Below are positions 54,701-61,676 of a stretch of DNA of 64,000 bases, one piece after another; position 1 is the stretch's first letter; each line of letters starts with the position of its first letter. Where the stretch lies: contig CAWHLB010000015.1 in assembly GCA_963830115.1 (NCBI GenBank), positions 129,178 to 193,177 of the forward strand. Reading direction: 5' to 3'. A program made the position numbers and the translations under genes. Origin of the DNA: an uncultured delta proteobacterium (GTDB lineage Bacteria; Myxococcota_A; Polyangia; Polyangiales; CAWHLB01). The notes beneath the pieces were generated by a model. The model was not told the origin of the DNA, searched no databases, and was given only the letters and a program-made list of their open reading frames with translations.

Positions 54701-55286
54701 GACGCTGCTCGCGGCGTTGGTGCGGACGGCTCGAGGTCGGTGGGGGTGCGGGCGCCTGACGGTCAAGCTCTCGAGCTCGGGCAGGCAAGCCGCGGTGCAC
54801 GGGCTCGACGTGTCGCGGACGTTGGGTGAGATGGACTGCGCGTTCCCGCTGGCCGTCTCCCACACCGCATCCGAGCGCCCCATCGAAACCGTCGCGGCGG
54901 TGCGCGATCGCCTGGCGTGCGTCCCCTCCGCGGGGATCTCGTTCGACGCCCTCGCGCACCTGAACGACGACCCGGCGGTGCGGGACCGCATTGCCAGCGC
55001 ACCCGCGCCGACGCTATGGTTCAACTTCGCGGGGGAGGTGCCGTCTCGCAGCCGCCCGACCGGCCTCTTCTCCGTCCTCGAAGGTCCGCTGGGTGCCATG
55101 TGGGATCCCCGAGCCGGCGTGAAACAGCCTCCATTGCTGGTCGAGTGCTCCATCGTGGGGGGCGCTGCGCGTACGCACTGGTTCTATTCGCGGGAGCACC
55201 TGGGCTGGTCCGAGTCGGAGATCGACCTGTGGCGCGCGCGCTTCCGTGAGGAAGTGCTCGCCCTCGCACGAGCTGGAACGAGTTAG
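51756..55286 (+). CDS. Fatty acyl-AMP ligase - carrier protein - condensation-domain protein
   Basis: FAAL: YLQYTSGSTSAPKGV, WVPLFHDMGL, YGMAEA, LRTGDLG, GRNIHPQDLE, IPKTTSGK; ACP LGLDSL; C-superfamily domain HHALRLRF, INHLVMDA, FNFAG; no thioesterase. Start may be 51684. Confidence 0.9.
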   Translation: MTRREHPQSRQDATLLAVMAGRLEAAPYAPLYTFLGPRGNEADSADCEEVVRRAAGAADLLEAAGVGPGDRVLLVFPPDGLELVTSFFGCLLLGAIAVPVASPDPRHLAQELPKLRHIAMDSGARVALTHAKYRALTTMASVRDGVSRLLKGRPPDRERWPEVTWLLSDRIRRADAGAAATRLAHGARTQRPDDVVYLQYTSGSTSAPKGVVVRHRNLLHNLSLMARNTHVDAASVLVGWVPLFHDMGLAGGILNAMSAGARCVFFSPMSFLANPRLWLETIDRYGGTHIAGPNFGYEYVLRGLRNGDAFDLSTLRAALQGGESMRVTTMSRFEAAFGSMGFDAATFCNVYGMAEAVLFVTGQAGRRPSLLRGDRAIMDREGTLVAPAPGAPAVTLVGSGVPDAEMGVSVLAVNPATHRPRPDGVVGELWVSSPSVSTGYWGRREAENAAVFAARLSSDDGGEDPRRFLRTGDLGVIHEGEVFVCGRLKDLIIIGGRNIHPQDLEEAVVASDPILRPGNALAFGVEVDGTERVVVVAEVRRKLLERKDLPALLTRAIAAIRAAVAAHGGVQCHDVLLLRPDTIPKTTSGKLRRRECKERWADGSLHATNRRLGRPARTPAPPRGEAAPFADRPNAGGSEGRDAYLLRLLQTEVAAALHLADPDDVSVDRPLLDLGLDSLGLMDLGRRLEDRLGMAVPPASLSDASSLRALADLLLARFELPPDDEGRAHPSPHAVHAGDVPFTAGQLESLRLGQWSWWNRAALLTVHRPITPEQLHRAASVLVAHHHALRLRFHRDGDRFTQHYGDVDGSFAVESTSLTAPDEGTRRDALLRAMDVQHRRVDLERGPVLRLLLVEGLGPTQCLFVTINHLVMDAFTLGILVDELDHLCHLDEMERPLRLSRTSTRFEDYARWVNDFARGAAVDDLVFWQAQLDTPPPCAYDSRVQEPVRMADLASGGERFTEAETRALREVCTEGRRAPIATTLLAALVRTARGRWGCGRLTVKLSSSGRQAAVHGLDVSRTLGEMDCAFPLAVSHTASERPIETVAAVRDRLACVPSAGISFDALAHLNDDPAVRDRIASAPAPTLWFNFAGEVPSRSRPTGLFSVLEGPLGAMWDPRAGVKQPPLLVECSIVGGAARTHWFYSREHLGWSESEIDLWRARFREEVLALARAGTS

Positions 55287-55293
55287 CGCTTCC

Positions 55294-56553
55294 ATGGCGG
55301 ATCGAGCGACCACATTTCGCGAAGGGACGTCGGCGACCACGACTCGAAGGAGCGGCCGCGCCGCGTCGAGCGAGCACGCGCCCGGGCCGTTCCGGGGGCT
55401 GGCGGACCGGGCCTTTGCCATGGCCTTCCAGCAGATCTTCACCTTCCCCCTCCTCTACGAGGATTCGGAGGTGGACAACCAGGTCCTCGGCCTCCGTCCC
55501 GACTCCCGGGTCCTTTCGGTGAGCGGGGCCGGTTGCGGCGTGGCCGGGCTCCTGGCCGCCCATCCGGCGCGCATCGACGCGGTGGACACCAACCGCCATC
55601 ACTTGGCCCTGACCGCGCTCAAGGTCGCGGCGGCTCGCCGGATGTCGTCCCATGACGAGCTGTACCAGCTCCTCGGACGGGGCCGACACGACCACCCGGC
55701 GCGCATCCTCGGGCCGCTCATGAACGGCTTGCCGGCGTGGGTGGGGCGCTACTGGAACGAGAACCACCGCCGCTTTCGACGCAACGTCTATGGCGAAGGG
55801 CTGGTCGGCAGCTTTCAGAAGTGGCTGCGGCACGAGACCGGCCTCGACGCCGGGTTCCTTCGCGCCATGCAACCCCTGGCCATCGAGGATCGTCTGGCAC
55901 ACCTTTCGCCGGTGCTCGACGCGGTGCGGTGCTCGCGGTTGTTCCGCGTCGTCGCCAACAGCCCGCTCTTCCTGCTCGGCCACGGCATCAACTTCGAGCA
56001 ACGGCAACGCAACCTCCGTGCCCATCAGGCCCGGAGCATGGTGGAGGTCGTGACCGCGCACCTCGAGCGCCTGGCCTACACCGACCTCGAGACCAACTGG
56101 TTCGTATGGGTCGGCCTGACCGGCGCCTTCAACCACGATCACCCCGACGCCGTGCCTCCCTACCTGCGCGCCGAGAGCCACAGGAGGTCGCGCGAAGCGC
56201 CCACCGACGTGGTCTTCCACCACCTCCCCCTAAAGCGCGTGCTCGCCGCGGCGGCGCCCGGACGCTGGTCCCACTTCTCGCTGTGCGACGTGCTGGACTG
56301 GATGCCCGCAGACACCCAGCGTCGCCTGCTGCAGCACATCGCCCATGTCGGTGGCCCGGGTGCCGTCGTCCTGACGCGCAGCGTGGAAGATGCGTGCGTC
56401 GTCGATCGCCTCGGTCTCGACGGGATGTACGAACGGCTCGAGCCGCGCTCGAGCGAGGCCGGCCAGAGGGAACGGACGAGGCTCTACGCGCGCGTCGGTG
56501 TCTACCGCGTGACCGGCGGACCGAACGGATCGACGGCGAGCGCTGGCGCATGA
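55294..56553 (+). CDS. btaA: SAM:diacylglycerol 3-amino-3-carboxypropyl transferase (DUF3419, BtaA-like)
   Basis: YEDSEVD, SVSGAGC, IDAVDTNRHHLAL..LK, NWF, PPYL, LCDVLDWM, GAVVLTRS, ERTRLY. Confidence 0.85.
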   Translation: MADRATTFREGTSATTTRRSGRAASSEHAPGPFRGLADRAFAMAFQQIFTFPLLYEDSEVDNQVLGLRPDSRVLSVSGAGCGVAGLLAAHPARIDAVDTNRHHLALTALKVAAARRMSSHDELYQLLGRGRHDHPARILGPLMNGLPAWVGRYWNENHRRFRRNVYGEGLVGSFQKWLRHETGLDAGFLRAMQPLAIEDRLAHLSPVLDAVRCSRLFRVVANSPLFLLGHGINFEQRQRNLRAHQARSMVEVVTAHLERLAYTDLETNWFVWVGLTGAFNHDHPDAVPPYLRAESHRRSREAPTDVVFHHLPLKRVLAAAAPGRWSHFSLCDVLDWMPADTQRRLLQHIAHVGGPGAVVLTRSVEDACVVDRLGLDGMYERLEPRSSEAGQRERTRLYARVGVYRVTGGPNGSTASAGA

Positions 56554-57203
56554 CCGCCGTGTCGGCACCGCCGGAGGGAAGCCGCGCCGAGGCGCAGGCG
56601 GCCCATCGCGCGTTCCTCGACCGCTACTATCGAGCCACCCATCGCGTCTACGACGTCTCGCGCAAGTACTTCCTGTTCGGACGCGACGCGGTCCTCGATC
56701 GCCTCCTCGACGACGACTGGAGCACGCTCGTGGAGATCGGCCCCGGCACCGGCCGCAACCTGCACCGCCTGCACCGCCGCCGGCCCGAGGCGCGCCTCGG
56801 CGGGCTCGAGGCGAGCGACGTCATGCTCTCCCATGCGCGACGCCGCTGCCCATGGGCGCGCTTCGAGCCCGGCCTCGCCGAGGACGGTGACCTGCGGGCC
56901 GTCCTCGGCACGCCCCCGGAGCGCATCCTGATCTCCTACAGCATGTCCATGTTCCAGGCCCCGGGGCGCGCCATCGACAACGCCCTCGGACAGCTCGCTC
57001 CGGGCGGCGAGCTGTGGGTCGTGGACTTCTCCGACCTCGCGCGGACACCCACCTTGCCGCGAACGGCGATGCTCCGATTCCTCTCGGCCTTTCACGTCCG
57101 CCCCGTCGCGGACGACCTCCTGCGCGACCGTGGCGCGCGCCATCTCGAGCACGGCCCCGGCCGCTACTTCGTCGTCGCGCGGTTCGTCGCCGAGGGCGGG
57201 TGA
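56550..57203 (+). CDS. btaB: SAM:diacylglycerylhomoserine N-methyltransferase (BtaB-like)
   Basis: LDRYYR..VYDVSRKYFLFGRD, EIGPGTGRNL, SYSMSM, LAPGGELWVVDF, LSAFHV; ATGA overlap with btaA. Confidence 0.88.
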   Translation: MTAVSAPPEGSRAEAQAAHRAFLDRYYRATHRVYDVSRKYFLFGRDAVLDRLLDDDWSTLVEIGPGTGRNLHRLHRRRPEARLGGLEASDVMLSHARRRCPWARFEPGLAEDGDLRAVLGTPPERILISYSMSMFQAPGRAIDNALGQLAPGGELWVVDFSDLARTPTLPRTAMLRFLSAFHVRPVADDLLRDRGARHLEHGPGRYFVVARFVAEGG

Positions 57204-58054
57204 GCTCCCCTCGGGCGGCGCTCGGTGTCACGCAACGGGCTCGCCCTGTCCTATCGCGTCGTCGGACGGGGCTCCCCTGTCCTGTTCATCGCGGGCTATG
57301 GTCGATCCGGGAGCAGCTGGCTCCCGTGGCTGGAACAGGTGGGCCCCCTGCCCTTCCGGGTCGTGCTCATGGACAACCGAGGCACAGGCGAATCGACGGT
57401 GTCGAAGCGGCCCTACACCATGGCGACCCTGGCCGACGACGCGGCGACGGTGCTGCGCGATGCCGTCGGCGGCGAGCCCGCCATCGTGGTGGGCCACTCG
57501 ATGGGCGGGATGGTCGCGCAGCATGTGGCCCTCCGGCACCCGGAGCAGGTGGCGGGGATGGTGCTGTCGTCCAGCTCCGCGCGCGTGGAGATTTTCCGCC
57601 CGGCCTCGGTGCGCTCCCTGCCCCTGACCGTGCTGGCGACCCTCTCGCGCGACGTGCGGGTGTGGCAAATGTGCGACGGACTGCTCGTGCACGAGCACAG
57701 GCGCGGAGCCGCGGCCCACGCGCTCTTGTCCCCGCTGCGCCAGTTACAGAAGGCCGAGCCCTACTCGCGCCTGAACTCCGCCATGCAGCTCTGCGCCATG
57801 TCCTTCCACCGGACGCACCGACGCCTCGGTGCCGTGCGTGTCCCCGTCGAGGTGGTGGTCGGTGCCGGCGACCGCGTGCTGTCGCCCGAGGCTCCCATCG
57901 CCTCGCGCGAAACTTCCCCGATGCACGCCTCACGGTCCTTTCGAACGTGGGTCACGCGATCCCCTTCGAGCAACCCCTCGCGATCGCGAAGGCCCTCACG
58001 CGGCTCCGCGAGAGGATCACGGCGGCGCCGGGCGCGGTGGCACCTCGAGGCTAG
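57200..58054 (+). CDS. Alpha/beta hydrolase (frameshifts near 57225 and 57890)
   Basis: DNRGTGES, GHSMGG, GAGDRV; catalytic His (VGHAIPFEQP) in the neighbouring frame; GTGA overlap with btaB stop. Confidence 0.85.
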   Translation: MSSPRAALGVTQRARPVLSRRRTGLPCPVHRGLWSIREQLAPVAGTGGPPALPGRAHGQPRHRRIDGVEAALHHGDPGRRRGDGAARCRRRRARHRGGPLDGRDGRAACGPPAPGAGGGDGAVVQLRARGDFPPGLGALPAPDRAGDPLARRAGVANVRRTARARAQARSRGPRALVPAAPVTEGRALLAPELRHAALRHVLPPDAPTPRCRACPRRGGGRCRRPRAVARGSHRLARNFPDARLTVLSNVGHAIPFEQPLAIAKALTRLRERITAAPGAVAPRG

Positions 58055-59738
58055 CGAAGAAGCGAGCGCGACAGAGCAGCGGCACCAGCAGGAGGCTGTG
58101 CAGCAGGAGCTGCTTTGCGGCCCCGCGCTCGCCCTGGTACGAGCTCATGTACGTGCGCTCACGAAACGCCACATGGGACGCCTCCTGGGCCAGGGTGCCG
58201 AAGACGAGCAGCCCCGCGTAGAGGGGCCACCCGAGGGGCGGCAGGGCGAGGTAGATGCCCAGCACCGCGCCGGCGTAGAGGGCCGACATGGAGGCGGTGT
58301 GATCGGGGGCGGTGTAGTAACAGAAGAAGACGTAGTAGACCGCGAGGCAGACCGCCGCGGCCGCGGGCGTCCAGCCGAGCGCACGCGCGCCGACGCCGAC
58401 GAGCCCCAGCACGCCGAGCAGGCCGAGCGCCGTGGTGAGCAGGTGGACCGAGACGTTGCCCGGTCTCCGATGGAAGCGTGAGAACGCCTCGTAGGTCTCT
58501 TCGAAACGATAGGTGCCCCCCACGTGCCAGTCGCCGATCTCCTGGCAGAGGACGATCAGGTAGCAGGCCATGTGGGCGATCAGCAGGGGCCACCACGCCG
58601 CTCGGAACGTCGCGTTCATCATGAGCCCGGCCAAGCCGATCCACTTGCCGACGATCATGGGGTGGGGAATCACCGAGTAGGGGAACCCCGAGGTCTTTTC
58701 TTTCGGGACGACACCGAGCTCGACGCCGAAGTAGGTCCGGTCGGCGCCGAGCCGGAGGAAGGCGAGCCCGGACAGCCCGAAGCCGAGGGCGGCGACGCCC
58801 AGCGACGGGATGTCGAGGGGCACGCCCGCGTACTCGTAGAACAGGAAGCCGAGGGCCAGGGTCTGGAACAGGGAGGCGTCGCGCCGAAGCTTGCCGGGCT
58901 CGACCGCACGAAACGTGTAGGCGAGCAGATACAAAAGGTAGTGAACGAAGCTGAACAGGTACACCCGCTCGACGGGATGGCCCCACGTCACGCCCCCGAG
59001 AAGCAGGATCACCAAGAGGTTCAGGACGCCGGCGTGCTCGTTGAACAGGCCGTAGAGAAAAGTGCTCGCGTTGACGAGAACGCCCAGCAGCTTGCCGAGC
59101 CAGGTGCGGGGGTTCTTGCTCGCGAGGAAGAGCTGCCGTGCCCTCCGGTTGTACGCCGCGTTCCAGGCCGCGAAGGCCGCGTGCACGGGCCGGAGCCATC
59201 GCGGCGCGACCGCGTAATGCACCTTGAGACAGATGCGGCTGTCGGTCAGCAGCTCCTGTGCGTCACCATCCTTGACGATGTGGTGGAGGTCACGGTTGTA
59301 ATCGAACCAGCAAAACTGTCCCGAGGCGAGCGTGGTCCGGGACTTGTGGTTTTCGAAGACGGTGGTGACGCGGTCACTGCCGCGGATGACGATGAGACAC
59401 CGGAGCAGGGTGAGGAACGGGATGAAGCCGAAGGGCCCGTCGATGTGCCGCTGCAGGAAGACATAGTCGGACCCCTTGGCCCCCATGTGGGTCACGTAGA
59501 CCTCGTTCATGGCGTCGACGTGATGGACGTCGCATCCGGGGAAGGCCTCGCGGATGCTGTCCCGGATGGCGGTCGAGTCCTTGAGCTGACCGAACGCCTC
59601 GCGTTCCCTCGGGGGCAGGTCCGCCTCCCAGAGGTGGAGCGTCTCGTTGGGGTCGTGCTGCTGCTGCACCGTGAAGTCCAGCATCGTCTGGATGTGGCTG
59701 CCGGTGGGCTCCTCGACCAGGCCGATTCCGGGTTTCAT
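58017..59738 (-). CDS. Three-domain membrane protein: HxD...H metal-dioxygenase-like + PEMT phospholipid methyltransferase + Mpo1/DUF962-like
   Basis: N-terminal GSDYVF..HIDGP..FDYNRDLHHI..LKVHY; central LGADRTYFGVELG..GFPYSVIPHPMIVG; C-terminal FHRRPGNVSVH..AQEASHVAF.E; single uninterrupted frame. Confidence 0.75.
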   Translation of the reverse strand: MKPGIGLVEEPTGSHIQTMLDFTVQQQHDPNETLHLWEADLPPREREAFGQLKDSTAIRDSIREAFPGCDVHHVDAMNEVYVTHMGAKGSDYVFLQRHIDGPFGFIPFLTLLRCLIVIRGSDRVTTVFENHKSRTTLASGQFCWFDYNRDLHHIVKDGDAQELLTDSRICLKVHYAVAPRWLRPVHAAFAAWNAAYNRRARQLFLASKNPRTWLGKLLGVLVNASTFLYGLFNEHAGVLNLLVILLLGGVTWGHPVERVYLFSFVHYLLYLLAYTFRAVEPGKLRRDASLFQTLALGFLFYEYAGVPLDIPSLGVAALGFGLSGLAFLRLGADRTYFGVELGVVPKEKTSGFPYSVIPHPMIVGKWIGLAGLMMNATFRAAWWPLLIAHMACYLIVLCQEIGDWHVGGTYRFEETYEAFSRFHRRPGNVSVHLLTTALGLLGVLGLVGVGARALGWTPAAAAVCLAVYYVFFCYYTAPDHTASMSALYAGAVLGIYLALPPLGWPLYAGLLVFGTLAQEASHVAFRERTYMSSYQGERGAAKQLLLHSLLLVPLLCRARFFASLEVPPRPAPP

Positions 59739-60023
59739 CGGAGGCCCTCCCCGGGCGACGAAGGCGGCCGCCCGGATGGACGGGGGCGCGCGCGAGGCGG
59801 TCCGTGGTGCTGCTCCGAGCCCTCCCAATCACGTGCACGCCCTCGGCTCGGCACCCGCCGACGGTACCACGGAGGGAAGAGGTCGCGACGCAGAGCGGGC
59901 GTGGATGCCATCGAGGGTCCGGCGGCTCGGAGCACCGATTTTCCTTTCCAGCGTTCCTGCGACTTTATACCATCGCGCGTGCGTCTGGCCCGGTCGCCGA
60001 AGTTGGAACAGACGAAGTCATGC

Positions 60024-61676
60024 ATGCAGCGGCCAACTGAAACGCGGGCGCCTGACACCGGTGTGCGCTCGCCTTTCGGCCAGCAGGACATCGTCGACGC
60101 CGTTCGGCGAACACGGGAGTCGTTGCAGCTGCTCCGAGACCCGCTCACTGGCACGATGGGCGTCGCCGCCGCGGGAGCCGCCGACCCGTCGCCGGCACGC
60201 GCCCGTGCGAGCGGATGGGAGCCGATGGGCGTGCTGCCGCCCCTCTACCCGGAGTGGCTCGGGGACCGCGCCTTCGCGGAGGCCCACGCCGTGCGCTTCC
60301 CCTACGTGGCCGGCTCCATGGCCAACGGCATCGCCACGCCTGCGCTCGTCGTGGCCATGGCGCGTGCCGGCATGCTCGCCTTCTTCGGCGCGGCCGGGTT
60401 GTCCCTCGCGCGCGTCGAGGCCGGGGTCGACGAGATCGCGCGGCGCCTCGAGGGGCGGCCCCTCGCCTGGGGCGCCAACCTCATCCACTCGCCCCAGGAG
60501 CCGGCCCTCGAAGAGGCGGTCGCCGACCTCTACGTCCACAGGGGCGTGCCGCGGGTGGAGGCCTCCGCCTTCATGGCGCTCGCGCCGAGCGTGGTCCGCT
60601 ACGCCGCCGCCGGTCTCCACGTCGACGCCCAGGGCGAGATACGACGGCGCCACCGGGTCCTCGCGAAGGTCTCCCGCGCCGAGGTCGCCCGTCCGTTCAT
60701 GTCGCCGGCGCCGGCGGAGATGCTGCGCGCCCTGGTCGCGTCGGGACGCCTGTCCGCAGAGGAGGCTCGCCTCGCGGCCCTCGTGCCGGTGGCGACCGAC
60801 ATCACGGTGGAGGCGGACTCGGGAGGCCACACCGACAACCGCCCCCTCGCCGCGCTCTTGCCGACCCTGTTCCGGCTCCGGGACGAAATCGAGTCGACCC
60901 TCGGCAGGCCCGGCACGATCCGTATCGGCGCCGCCGGCGGGCTCGGCACCCCCCAGGCCGTCGCCGCGGCCTTCGCCCTCGGCGCCGCCTACGTGATGAC
61001 CGGCTCGATCAACCAGGGCGCCCTCGAGTCGGGTTTGTCCGACGAGGGCAAGCGGATGCTCGCCGGCGCGGGGATCGCCGACGTCGCCATGACCGCTGCC
61101 GCCGACATGTTCGAGCTGGGGGTCAAGCTGCAGGTGCTCGCGCGCGGCACCATGTTCGCCGTGCGCGCCAACAAGCTCTACGAGACCTACCGTGCACACC
61201 CCGCCCTCGACGCGCTGCCCCCGGCCCTGCGCGCCGAGCTCGAGCAGAGGGTCTTCGGCGCGTCCCTCGACACTGTGTGGGAAGATACAAAGTCCTTCTG
61301 GCGCGATCGCGACCCCGAGCAAGTCGCGCGCGCGGAGGCCGATCCGAAGCACCGGATGGCGCTCGTCTTTCGCTGGTACCTCGGGCTGTCGAGCCGCTGG
61401 GCCATCGTGGGGGAGGCCTCGCGCCGCGCGGACTTCCAGATCTGGTGCGGGCCGGCCATGGGCGCCTTCAACGACTGGGTGAAGGGCTCGTTTCTCGAGG
61501 CGCCCGAGGAGCGCACCGTCGTCCAGATCGCCCACAACCTCCTCGAAGGGGCGGCCGTGATGACGCGCGCCCAGCAGCTTCGGAGCCACGGCGTGCCGGT
61601 GCCGGCGCGCGCATTCCAGTTTCGGCCGCGACGGCTCGCGTATGGCCCTGCGACCGCAGAACGGGAGGATCGATGA
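60024..61676 (+). CDS. pfaD: PfaD-family enoyl reductase (myxobacterial Pfa1)
   Basis: YVAGSMANGIA, NLIHSP, AKVSRAEVA, EADSGGHTDNRP, GAAGGLGTP, AADMFELG, QIWCGPAMGAFN. Confidence 0.95.
   Translation: MQRPTETRAPDTGVRSPFGQQDIVDAVRRTRESLQLLRDPLTGTMGVAAAGAADPSPARARASGWEPMGVLPPLYPEWLGDRAFAEAHAVRFPYVAGSMANGIATPALVVAMARAGMLAFFGAAGLSLARVEAGVDEIARRLEGRPLAWGANLIHSPQEPALEEAVADLYVHRGVPRVEASAFMALAPSVVRYAAAGLHVDAQGEIRRRHRVLAKVSRAEVARPFMSPAPAEMLRALVASGRLSAEEARLAALVPVATDITVEADSGGHTDNRPLAALLPTLFRLRDEIESTLGRPGTIRIGAAGGLGTPQAVAAAFALGAAYVMTGSINQGALESGLSDEGKRMLAGAGIADVAMTAAADMFELGVKLQVLARGTMFAVRANKLYETYRAHPALDALPPALRAELEQRVFGASLDTVWEDTKSFWRDRDPEQVARAEADPKHRMALVFRWYLGLSSRWAIVGEASRRADFQIWCGPAMGAFNDWVKGSFLEAPEERTVVQIAHNLLEGAAVMTRAQQLRSHGVPVPARAFQFRPRRLAYGPATAEREDR

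Noticed and set aside
58524-60023. 500-aa N-terminal extension of PfaD in the ORF track
   Set aside because: It is the antisense shadow of the 58017-59738 gene; PfaD similarity starts after 60024.
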